From: Pecten maximus
Taxonomy: Eukaryota
DNA length: 64,000 bases
Direction: 5' to 3'
Assembly (NCBI RefSeq): GCF_902652985.1
Contig: NC_047031.1
Location: forward strand, 15,376,001 to 15,440,000
Made by a program: the position numbers and the translations under genes. Under the pieces are notes generated by a model. The model made no database searches. It worked only from the letters and a program-made list of their open reading frames with translations, and had not been told where the DNA came from. Of this stretch, positions 24,363 through 36,026 are shown one piece after another; within the stretch, counting starts at the first letter, position 1, and every line of letters begins with the position of its first letter.

Positions 24363-26469
24363 TAGCTATAATCAAACTACTACAGTACTGCAGTATGTGA
24401 TAGCTATAATAAAACTACTATTGTACAGCAGGATGCGGTAGTTATAAACTACTACAGTACAGCTGTATGTTATAGCTGTAATAAAACTACTACAGTACTG
24501 TAGTATGTGATAGCATTTGTGAATTTTAGTCTATACATCTAATGTATAATGACCGAGATTCAAAACTAAGATGTTAAAATTGCCTTGGTATTAAGCTAAA
24601 ATATTTTCTTAAATGAGGTATATAATTTTTGTAAGAATTTTATATATTTTTTTAATTACAATTTCTTATTAAATTGTGTTAATATATCTTTCTGTTATCA
24701 GTTTTTTATATCTAGAGACAAAGGGAATTTACAAATGACAAGCAACAACAATAACTTCAACTGTCAAAATCTGAGCCGTCCACCTAAACAGGTATGATCG
24801 AGTGATATCAGATTTTTTTCAACGGAGTCGGAAATTGACAAGCAGGACAAGCAAGAAACGAAATCTACATATCAAGTATGATAAATTTCTTCTCAAGAAA
24901 TAGAAAATAAGAAGCATTGTTTAAAGGCCATTCACGGACCGATCACCGACGAAGGGAAATTTCAACAGTTTCGCTCACCTACATATTTGAGTGATTATGA
25001 CAAATGCTTCCCATAGGACCGTAATGACCTAAGCATTTTACCTAGTGAACTTGAACTCAACCAGTTGACTTCTGGTTTCCTTTCGGCTAACAAAATATTC
25101 ATTAGTGAAAAGATACAAATTTTGACCTTGACCTGTCTGCATTTTTGTGAATTGAACATCTTGATCAACACATTGGTAAAACTTTATTTATTAATGTTAA
25201 CAACAGTAATTAAATTTGTGAAATGGTCAAACAGACAGCTGGACGGACAGAGAGATTGTTTGCACTGACATTGGTATCTCCCATACGGAGACCATTAAGT
25301 TGAAATCCTGTCATTCCATCAAAATAAAGGTTTGTACTGTGAGGGAGACACTGGTGTGGTGAGGGGAATAAGGTCTCCTGCATGGGCATTACTTGATCTC
25401 TATACAATATAACAAATAATAATATAATGATATGTTTATTTTTCGCCATCAAAAGCGACCTTGACCGCGGCAATTTCAGTCTGATATTTCACATTATTTC
25501 CATGTTAAATTTCAGAACTTTTGCTTTTTTGAATTCTTAGAAATTTCGTTGCAAACATTAGTGTTGACGGACAGACAGATCAAGCAAGATAGGTAAATCA
25601 ATAGCGTTCAGGGACAGACAGATCAACCAGGGTGGATAAGCGATACTACTATATCACTAGGTATCGGCTACACAACGCAATATGTATAGTGAATAACGAA
25701 CACGAATCCTTTTACATGTGAATGTATCCTGAGGTCATGTTGGAAAGTATTGCTGAGTAGAAGGAACCCTAACCCTGGTGTCTTAAGCTGTCATGGACCA
25801 GGATAAATGGGAGCTAGTGATGTCATAATCATAACATGCAAATGATAATTATATCTGATATTACTGAGGTAGCATCATTGAAGGCCAGTTCAGGTCTATC
25901 ATTTCTCCCATACTTCACAGGGTTATCCGGCGAATGCTAGGGAAAAGATCAATCGATCTTACACAGTGTGGGTAAAGACAGCCAGCACGCGCAATATGAC
26001 GCTGCTGACAATAACGTAACGTCATCATTTTACGTTGAGTAACCAAGTCGTAAATGATGACGTCATACATTTTGACGAACATTCCAAGGAGCATTGAAGA
26101 TGGCGCGACGAAAAACTTTCATAAAAACTTACGTTTGGTTGCAAGTATGTGAGGAAAATAATCAAACATGGGTCTGTTCCGAGAGTTTGGTTCGCCAGCA
26201 CTCGGCAAGCCTCGTGCTGACTGGCCAAACTCTTACACTCGGGTTGAGATATCCCTGTCCACGGAACAGACCCATGGTAGATTATATTATTCTCCCATAC
26301 TTCACAAGGTATTCGGCAGTTGCTAGGGAAAAGATAACTCGATCTTACACAGGGTGGGTAAAGACAGCCGGCACGCGCTATATGACGCTGCTTACAATAA
26401 CGTAACGTCATCATTTACGTTGAGTAACCAAGTCGTAAATGATGACGTCATCAATTTTGACGCACATTC
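23858..26469 (+). repeat. Recent tandem segmental duplicate of 20276-23461
   Basis: Colinear near-identity across the gene fragment, 3' flank and hairpin element; the copies differ mainly in satellite copy number. Confidence 0.92.
24336..24513 (+). repeat. 34-bp stop-codon satellite, about 5 units (34-38 bp)
   Basis: Begins in the last codons of G2. Confidence 0.9.
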
Positions 26470-27087
26470 CAAGGAGCATTGAAGACGGCGCGATGAAAAA
26501 CTTTCATAAATACTTACGTTTGGTTGCAAGTATGTGAGAAAAATAATCAATCACGGGTCTGTTCCGCGAACCCTCGTGTAAGAGTTTGGTTGGCCAGCAC
26601 TCGGCAAGCCTTGTGCTGACTGACCAAACTCTTACACGAGGGTTGAGATATCCCTGTCCATGGAACAGACCCATGGTAGATTATATTATTCTCCCATACT
26701 TCACAAGGTTATTCGGCAGTTGCTAGGGAAAAGATAACTCGATCTTACACAGGGTGGGTAAAGACAGCCGGCACGCGCTATATGACGCTGCTTACAATAA
26801 CGTAACGTCATCATTTACGTTGAGTAACCAAGTCGTAAATGATGACGTCATCAATTTTGACGCACATTCCAAGGAGCATTGAAGACGGCGCGATGAAAAA
26901 CTTTCATAAAAACTTACGTTTGGTTGCAAGTATGTGAGAAAAATAATCAATCATGGGTCTGTTCCGCGAACCCTCGTGTAAGAGTTTGGTTGGCCAGCAC
27001 TCGGCAAGCCTTGTGCTGACTGGCCAAACTCTTACACTCGGGTTGAGATATCCCTGTCCACGGAACACACCCATGATAGATTCTATT
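25898..27087 (+). mobile_element. Three head-to-tail ~400-bp units of Crypton-like family 2
   Basis: Units at 25898-26288, 26289-26687 and 26688-27087 with junction agattatatt|attctccc. Confidence 0.7.
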
Positions 27088-29368
27088 AATCTTGATTTCC
27101 CCCATATCTGCTCAAGTTATAAACACATGCCATTAAGTTCTGTATGTTTCTCATTATCAGGAACATGGTACTTAAAATCGCATTACAATGTTCAACAAGG
27201 TAAAAATCTGGTCTCCATCTCTTGGTGTAAGGCTTTAATAGGTATTCAGAAGGGCAGACTTTGTATGGGCGGTCTCTCGAGTGTTGATAAAGTATCTTTG
27301 AAGCATTTGATGCACATAGTCGATATTACTCATCCGGTAGTGAATCTCATAGTTAAATAACTATGTGATTGGAATAATAATCAGTGTTTTTTTCTAGCAG
27401 CTGCATCCATGGAGGAATGTCCAATTATCGCATTAAATTTACCCACCCTACCTCAGTTTTGTGAACGCAAATCGCAAAAAAAAATATGCGAACAATTGCA
27501 TATACCTATACATGAATAATGACATGTACATATTTGTATAAATCTTTGTTTCTTTGCACATATTCAATGTCGGTAGGTCTTATATATTGCACTGTTTATA
27601 CCGTAGCCGCGATGGTGTGATTTCCCACGTTTTGCAGAACGAAGTAATTACAGTCAGTGTCCTACTTACCAAAGGTACAAAAGGTAACCATACAGGTAAA
27701 TCCATTTGAAGTAGTGTATAATCCAACATAGCACCCTGTTTCTTTATAGCCTATCGCGGGTCAGGGAACTACCCGGGGACAACGATTTCAATGTTTTATT
27801 ATATGTATCAACAAACATGAAATATATCAATTATTGTATTTTTATGTTGATAATGTTAGAACTTGGAGCGTGTATATTGAATGAGATATTCGGTGTGGCT
27901 TCTCTCTTCCGGCGTCAACTATTTACTATAGTTAGGCTATCCCGTCTAATGTGATAACATATGCATACAAACAACAACCAATCAATGCCATGCTTCAAAA
28001 CCGTGACGTATGCACAAACGAAGTCTGTTTGCTATAGTCGAACCAGGTGATTGAGCATTGTAACTTCTTGTTTCTATACACATGCGCATTACATGTAACC
28101 AAATCGAGTTCGATTTTACAATAGTAAGATTATAGTCTTTATAGTAGAAGCTCGGAGTAGGCCGATGTGACACCCGACGCTTCACCTCTCGATGTCGAGG
28201 GACAATAATGATTAAGGTCACGGACCGGCGCCCTGTTTGATAACAGACCGCTGCTATCTAGTTGATAAATTTTATCATCTGAATCAAACTTCAGGATGCT
28301 AGCTGTTTTAACTTTCTCAACTTTCATTCTTGTCACCCATTCATCTTTTACACTTTCAGGCATCACTCTCACATTCTCATCAATCATCGCAATCAATTTC
28401 TGTATCATTCTCAGTTACGTGGAATTTTCTTACTTTATTTAAGGAATATTTTTTTATTAGTTCAAAAGACCAATTGTTTAACGCTTTTAAACGTTGTGAG
28501 TTGTTGACACATTTCAATTTTACTATCAATCGACTTAATTTTTCTATTAGAAACACATAAAGGCCCATTGCATATCAAATTATTGAACGAGTTTAATAAA
28601 TTCCATATGACATAGCCACTCATGTAACATTCTCTCTATATATAATACATGTACATACTAGGTTATCTATTGTAATTGAGGGCTTCTCGGATAGGATTCC
28701 CTAACTTCAAAATGTTATGTCACTTTAATTCATATACGGCCAATTTCTAGTTGGAACTCCGGTATCAATTGTAAAACTGCTTAATTCTCGTGATATGTGT
28801 GTTACGCGTGTTTGCACGATACACGCATTGATTGACACGTGTCCTAGTACAAAACTACATGTATCTGAATACATTATTGATAACGATTTCGGTGCTTATT
28901 TTCTCAGTCTTTTATAAAAACGTGAAATCCCAAAGGTGAAGTTGTTTATAATCTTGTGAACTTTACTGATACAAAATATTGACCAATATATTACATTAAT
29001 GAATTACCCAGAGCAAAAAAAAGCGGTGACGTAAATCTATGTGTGTGTCATTGTATAGCGATCGACTCGACCTGTGTATATTAGTCGTTAATCTCTCACT
29101 ACCTCGACGTGTATTAGATAACGCCATAGCAGGTAGATGTACGCATTACTGTGGATGTATCGTACCCAGATCTGAACTTTGCTATATCAGATACCGACAG
29201 GAAGGATTGACTTATTCAGTTTGGACACCGATAACGATATTAAACAGTTTACTGAGTTTAATGACTACAAATCTGGATAGCTGTCAAAACTTAATATCAT
29301 CAGGTAACAAATCTGGATACGGCCATCCAAATAGTAATATATTGATCAGCATGGCTTTACAAAATTGA

Positions 29369-29560
29369 TTAGTGTGGCTGTGAATTCTGAAGGTACAGAA
29401 CTATGGACAATGTAAATTAGTGTGGCTGTGAATTCTGAAGGTACAGAACTATGGACAATGTAAATTAGTGTGGCTGTGAATTCTGAAGGTACAGAACTAT
29501 GGACAATGTAAATTAGTGTGGCTGTGAATTCTGAGGGTACAGAACTATGGACAATGTAAA
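29369..29560 (+). repeat. 48-bp unit x4 within the conserved upstream block of G3
   Basis: ttagtgtggctgtgaattctgaaggtacagaactatggacaatgtaaa at 29369, 29417, 29465 and 29513; single copy in the paralogous upstream blocks. Confidence 0.93.
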
Positions 29561-29811
29561 TTCATATTCTGGTGCTGGGGATGGACAACTGGTGCATGAC
29601 AGTAACACCGTGACATCAGTGACCATGAGGAAGTCGTCCCATATGTGTTTTTGATAAATGTGTGATATATACGTATTCAACTGGATGGGACAGGATAGTC
29701 AATATCTCATTATCTGATATGAAACAAATCTATTATTGATTTTATATAGCACAGTGTTGCTGTAACAACAAACGTTTTCGAAATTCGAACAAATAATTAA
29801 TTTTCATCAAA

Positions 29812-31470
29812 ATGGCAACAGCTAATATACCTGTCCGTTTAAAAGGTGAAACAACCTGTATTCAGCACAAGGGGAGACAACTGGAATTGTATTGTGAAAA
29901 GTGTCATGAACTGGTTTGTCTAAAATGCATTTCCTCTGTTCACAAAGGTCATATCATGTGTGAGCTTAGCGAAATCACTACTCAGAAGAAACAAGACATT
30001 ACCAACTTAATTGACAGAACAGAACAAAACGACCTGGTACAAATCAGGAAATACATCACCTGTACTGATACACTTCTTAAAGACAATAACAGTACATTTG
30101 CGAAACTATCACATGAGGTGAAGGTACAAAAAGCCAAATTAAAACAAGACCTTGACAAGCTTACAGCAGAGACACTCTCACATTATCAGAAAATGAAAGA
30201 GGACAATGCCAAGCTCATACAGAAATACAAACAGGACCTGGAGATGTACGACAAACAACTCAAACAACAAATACTGGAATGTAAGACAGCACTTCAGCGT
30301 GGCTCTGACATAGAAATCTACGACACAGAATGTGAAGCTGATTCCCATATGAATTTTCCTGTAAAACCAACCCTGGTTACTGCCAGCATCATTCGAAACA
30401 AAAATCCACATGGTCACCTGGAATTAGCCATAGGGAAAGTTATCACTTCATATCAAGATCATACACCAACTGACCAGGATCACTCTGTCTCAACATCAGA
30501 TGATCTGAGACAAACCTCTAGACAACAACAATGGCCAGGAGATAAATGGAAGAAAGCAGCGTCAAGGAATATACTTCTGGCAGAGACCAAGATTGCGGAG
30601 GAGTGGCAGTCTTCACGTAACATAACTTCTATATGTCCCACAACTGATGACCAGGCCTGGACCAAGTACTATAAAACATTAACTCTCCTGGACAGGAAGG
30701 GTACAGTAATACAGAAGGTCAAACACAAGGCTGTGATCACAGACATCAGTCTGTCACCTACAACACACAGACTGTGGGTCTGTGATAGCAAAAACAACAT
30801 CCTGGAGCTGGTATTAGGACAACTTACACACAGATTCACAACCAATGAGGTACCACGGTGTATATGTGTTACAGCCAGTAACCATGTCATTGTGGGCATG
30901 CCCAAACACATCTCCAAATTTACCACACATGGTCAGGTGGTGCTCACTACAATGGCTGCTGGGACTGGGAAGTCATTAGTGTGTACACCGCACAGGATTA
31001 CAGAGTGTCCTGTCACTCACAATGTCGCAGTGATTGATTTCAGTAATGAAAGTGATGGTGGTGATGGAAGCAAGCGTGTTGTTGTCATGGATACTGACTT
31101 CCAACATTTGTTTGTATACACAGGTGACATCCCCAGTACAAGTGAACTATTTTTCCTTTTAGGTTTGGTATATAATTGTGTGAGGAAACTGATCATAGGA
31201 AACAGGGACATGTACACAACATATAAACAAACGGGAGGTAAACCATTTAACCCATGGGGTGTGACGTATGATAGTGTGGGAAACATCGTCGTAGGAGACA
31301 GAGACAACAACAGGATCCTACTCCTCAGTGGTGATGGAAGGTTCCTCAGGATCATACACACAGACACTTACAGGACATGGGTTCTAGGTGCAGACATGAA
31401 GGATGTGGTATGGGCAGTGTTAGGAGACCTAGCAAATAACGTGAAACTACTACAGTACAACAGTATGTGA
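29812..31470 (+). CDS. Intact intronless RING-less TRIM-like protein G3: B-box2, coiled coil, NHL-type beta-propeller (552 aa)
   Basis: CIQHKGRQLELYCEKCHELVCLKCISSVHKGH B-box; heptad-rich helical region; NHL-like blades such as PWGVTYDSVGNIVVGDRDNNRILLLSGDG; aaaATGg start. Confidence 0.92.
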   Translation: MATANIPVRLKGETTCIQHKGRQLELYCEKCHELVCLKCISSVHKGHIMCELSEITTQKKQDITNLIDRTEQNDLVQIRKYITCTDTLLKDNNSTFAKLSHEVKVQKAKLKQDLDKLTAETLSHYQKMKEDNAKLIQKYKQDLEMYDKQLKQQILECKTALQRGSDIEIYDTECEADSHMNFPVKPTLVTASIIRNKNPHGHLELAIGKVITSYQDHTPTDQDHSVSTSDDLRQTSRQQQWPGDKWKKAASRNILLAETKIAEEWQSSRNITSICPTTDDQAWTKYYKTLTLLDRKGTVIQKVKHKAVITDISLSPTTHRLWVCDSKNNILELVLGQLTHRFTTNEVPRCICVTASNHVIVGMPKHISKFTTHGQVVLTTMAAGTGKSLVCTPHRITECPVTHNVAVIDFSNESDGGDGSKRVVVMDTDFQHLFVYTGDIPSTSELFFLLGLVYNCVRKLIIGNRDMYTTYKQTGGKPFNPWGVTYDSVGNIVVGDRDNNRILLLSGDGRFLRIIHTDTYRTWVLGADMKDVVWAVLGDLANNVKLLQYNSM

Positions 31471-32652
31471 TAGCTATAAACTATTACAGTACAGCAGTAT
31501 GTGATAGCTATAAACTACTACAGTACAGCAGTATGTGATAGCTATAAACAACTACAGTACAGCAGTGTGTGGTAGCTATAAACTACTACAGTGCATCAGT
31601 ATGTGATAGCTATAATAAAGTTACTACAGTACAGCAGTATGTGATAGCTATAATACAATCATTACAGTACAGCAGTATGTGATAGCTATAAACTACTACA
31701 GTACAGCAGTATCTGATAGCTATAAACTACCACAGTACAACAGTATGTGATAGCTATAAACTACTGCAGTACAGCAGTATGTGATAGTTATAATAAAACT
31801 TCTACAGTACAACAGTATGTGATAGCTATAAACTACTACAGTACAGCAGTATGTGTAGCTATAAACTACTACAGTACAGCAGTATGTGATAGCTATAAAC
31901 TACTGCAGTACAGCAGTATGTGATAGCTATAATAAACTACTACAGTACAGCAGTGTGTGATAACTATAAGCTACTACAGTACAGCAATGTGTGATAACTA
32001 TAAACTACTACAGTACAGCAGTATGTGATAGCTATAAACTACTTAAGTACAGCAGCGTGTGATAGCTATAAACTAATACAGTACAGCAGTATGTGATAGC
32101 TATAAACTACTGCAGTACAGCAGTATGTGATAGCTATAATAAACTACTACAGTACAGCAGTGTGTGATAACTATAAGCTACTACAGTACAGCAATGTGTG
32201 ATAGCTATAAACTACTACAGTACAGCAGTATGTGATAGCTATAAACTACTACAGTACAGCAGTATGTGATGGCTATACACTACTACAGTACAGCAGTATG
32301 TGATAGCTATAAACTACTACAGTACAGCAGTATGTAATAGCCATAAACTACTACAGTACAGCAGTGTGTGATAGCTATAAACTACTACAGTACAGCAGTA
32401 TGTGATAGCTATAAACTACTACAGTACAGGAGTATGTGGTAGCCATAAACTACTACAGTACAGCAGTGTGTGATAGCTATACACTACTACAGTACAACAG
32501 TATGTGATAGCTATAAACTACTACAGTACAGGAGTATGTGGTAGCTGTAAACTACTACAGTACAGCAGTGTGTGATAGCTATAAACTACTACAGTACAGC
32601 AGTATGTGGTAGCTATGAACTACTACAGTACAGCAGTATGTGATAGCTATGA
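31444..32652 (+). repeat. 34-bp stop-codon satellite, about 35 units, in the G3 3' region
   Basis: The first unit is the CDS end KLLQYNSM*. Confidence 0.95.
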
Positions 32653-33385
32653 AGTACCCATTAATTAACAGTCATTGACTTAACTTTTTGGAAGGATGTT
32701 AATTATTAAGGAGACTATGAATCTAACAAAACATAATTACCAACCGTGTGAAAAATATCAACGTTTGATATGAAATTGTTGACTATTCGAGTGTGCCCTA
32801 CTGTGCATGACAGTAGTTTTACTATTGTGCCTTATGTTTTGTTATTTACTGTATGGATGTTAAGTTACATAGGGCTCATATATTTCATTGTGTTTTTGGT
32901 GACAACCTGAGTTTGCCGAACTACAATTCAAGCAATATCCCTTCAAAATTCCCCAGTAAACCAGGGAACACATTTATAAATTTATGTCAATACATCTAAT
33001 ATACAATCAGAAATTAAAATTCAAGGTGTTAATATTACCTGGATATTTAGCTCTCTTTATTTATGCAAATATTGAAAAATTATAAGGTACCTTATTATTA
33101 TGAGAATTGTAGATGTTTTTATTTCTTCTGTTTGTTAATTACAATTACTAATTAAATGGTGTATATAATCTATATTGCTGTTATTTGTTGTTGATATCTA
33201 AAGACAAAAAAGACACACAACAAATGAAATTTGGGAAAGATCCATGGAGTATTTTATTTCGTGGAAAAGAAATAACATTCTTAAACTTTGAAAGAAATGC
33301 TTTTCACCTGTCACTCAATCTTGTTGCACTGATGAGTCTGAAAACAAACATTGGAGACCAAGTAGAACCTATTACGGACTAACAG

Positions 33386-33790
33386 ATATAGAGGTTGTTG
33401 GATATGGAATTTGTTTCACACGAGTAAGTTATTTTTTAAAAGTTACAAAAGACACGAGCTTTAGCGAATGTCTTTTGTAACTTTTAAAAAATAACTTACG
33501 AGTGTCGTGTGATCTGTTTCTACCACTTTACTATCGGCTTGAATCAAAGGGAAACGTGGCCAAGTTTTATTTCGCGTATGCAAATTAGGTGTACAGGAGA
33601 CGGCCAGAACTCGGTGATGTGACGTCAATTGCAGATCGGGTCAAAGTTCGAATTCTTAACCAATCAAAAGACCGGAAGGTCATATTCCACTAGTGGAAAT
33701 ACCGATAATATATATATATATATCCAACAGTCGGCACATGTATGCAGTGGCTTGTGAGTGGAATAACGCATCATATTGTGATAGAAATAT
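33386..33790 (-). mobile_element. Crypton-like family 1 copy
   Basis: Reverse-complement homologue of 15088-15565, including the hairpin cacgagctttagcgaatg. Confidence 0.65.
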
Positions 33791-34693
33791 CAATCCAGCA
33801 CTTCTAAAGAACTATTTTAATGATAAAAATCCTCGCAGACATCCAAATATCGTCAGTTAATTGTTTTCATGACAAACCAGATTCAAAATTAATGATGTAC
33901 GACTAGGAACCTTGATGTAGGATTCCTTGTAATAAGTTTGGTGCAGAAATAAGAAATTTGACGAAGAAGGCCAAGTAGTAATAAGAAATTTAATGACGAA
34001 CTTCCAGCAGTATAAACTGCTCACCTGTAGGCCATTCGTCTTCTGTACAGATAAACATCAGACATTAACAACAATCTAAACAAAGACTTCACTGAATAGC
34101 AACGTTAAGCTACCAATAGTAGTCAAGGTAACCAGTCATGACAAATTTACATTTAGTTGCTATGACCGAAATAGTGTAAGAAGAGACTCCGGTCAGAGTC
34201 CACCGATTTGTACGATCAACAAATATTGATAACAGTAGAAACGGACCTCCGGAGTGAGGTCAAAACTCATCAACAAAGCATTTTATTCACGAACAGTGTG
34301 TAAACAAACGACATATGTGTTGGGTACATGAACGAAGCTCTAGCCAAATAATCCAGAGTTGTGTCCCTTTGATCAGAATGTTTTAATCCCGTTTCCATTT
34401 GCGTACATGTTACCGATATATTCTTGAATTCATGAATTATTTATTGGAAAACTACAGACAGAGAACACGTATTAGGAATCGGACATTAAAAACGAGGAAG
34501 ACGACATAGGATATCGTATGTATCCTTACATAAACCTCGACCCATGATGTTAACAATGTTATGTTTAAGATTCAGAAGGGCTGAACCGTGAACCAATTTA
34601 GTTTATTATTTTGAAATTAATGATGATGCATAGTGGGAAAGTGGGGCTTACTCGCAGATAAATATAGTGAGGCAATCCTTGGTCGGATAAGGG

Positions 34694-34990
34694 GGACACT
34701 GGCTAGGAGGGAGAGACACTGGTTATGTGGGAGAGACACTGGTTAGGAGGGAGAGACACTGGTTAGGAGGGAGAGACACTGGTTAGGAGGGAGAGACACT
34801 GGTTAGGAGGGAGAGACACTGGTTAGGAGGGAGAGACACTGGTTAGGAGGGAGAGACACTGGCTAGGAGGGAGAGACACTGGTTAGGAGGGAGAGACACT
34901 GGTTAGGAGGGAGAGACACTGGTTAGGAGGGAGAGACACTGGTTAGGAGGGAGAGACACTGGCTAGGAGGGAGAGACACTGGCTAGGTGG
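34694..34990. repeat. 20-bp purine-rich minisatellite (ggttaggagggagagacact), about 14 units
   Basis: Direct periodicity. Confidence 0.95.
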
Positions 34991-35084
34991 GAAGAACCTG
35001 GCTGGGAAAGAGAAACCATAGTAGGATATTGAGAGTGATCATAAAATAATTGAGGCAGTGGTAGGGCGGGAGAGCCACTGGTAA

Positions 35085-35776
35085 CGTGAGGGCGGTGTTG
35101 ATCGGGTGAGGGAGATGTTGATTGGGTGACGAAGATTGTAGTAGTTTGTGAGAGTCAATGATAGGGTGAGGGAGGTGTTGATATGACGACGGAGATTTCG
35201 GTAGTGTGAGGGAGTCAATAGTGGAGTGATGGAGATGTAAATAGGGTGACGGAGATTGTAGTAGTTTGAGGGAGTCAATGGTAGGGTGAGCGGGGCGTTG
35301 ATAGGGTCACGGAGATTTCAGTAGTGTGAGAGAGTCAATGGTAGGGTGAGCGGGGTGTTGATAGGGTCACGGAGATTTCAGTAGTGTGAGAGAGTCAATG
35401 GTAGGGTGAGCGGGGTGTTGATAGGGTCACGGAGATTTCAGTAGTGTGATAGAGTCAATGGTAGGGTGAGCGGGGTGTTGATAGGGTCACGGAGATTTCA
35501 GTAGTGTGAGAGAGTCAATGGTAGGGTGAGGAAGGGAGATATTGGTAGTGTTAAGGAGATATTGGTAGAGTGAGAGAGATGTTAATAGGGTGAGGCAGAT
35601 GTTGATATGACGACGGAGACTTCGGTAGTGTGAGAGAGACAATGTTAGGGTGAGGGACTTGTTGGTAGTGGTCAGGAGATATTGGAAGTGTGGCGGTGAT
35701 GGTAATAGTATTAATGAGATATTGGTAAAGTGAGATAGGGTGATGGAGATTTCGGTAGTGAGAGAGAGTCAATGGT
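35085..35776. repeat. 60-bp G-rich tandem repeat, with near-perfect units at 35281-35530 and degenerate flanks
   Basis: gtagggtgagcggggtgttgatagggtcacggagatttcagtagtgtgagagagtcaatg. Confidence 0.9.
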
Positions 35777-36026
35777 AGTATAAGTTAACCATACCCTAGT
35801 ATAAGTTATCATACCTTAGTATAAGTTAACCATACCCTAGTATAAGTTAATCATACCCTAGTATAAGTTAACCATACCTTAGTATAAGTTAACCATACCC
35901 TTGTATAAGTTAACCATACCCTAGTATAAGTTAATCATACCCTAGTATAAGTTAACCATACCCTAGTATACGTTAAACATAACCTAGTATAAGTTACAAT
36001 ACCCTAGTATAAGTAAACTATACCCT
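35777..36026. repeat. 21-bp minisatellite (agtataagttaaccataccct), about 12 units
   Basis: Direct periodicity. Confidence 0.93.

Noticed and set aside
29369-29416. SVAVNSEGTELWT resembling an NHL blade in the leader
   Set aside because: Short, ends in a stop, and the frame is not preserved in paralogous leaders.
30178-31367. Minus-strand ORFs recurring opposite each B-box/NHL gene
   Set aside because: Antisense shadows of conserved sense codons; they recur because the genes are paralogous.
31468-31480. Selenocysteine or readthrough at the TGA with the array as a recoding element
   Set aside because: TGA is immediately followed in frame by TAG and then TAA, so readthrough would add almost nothing.
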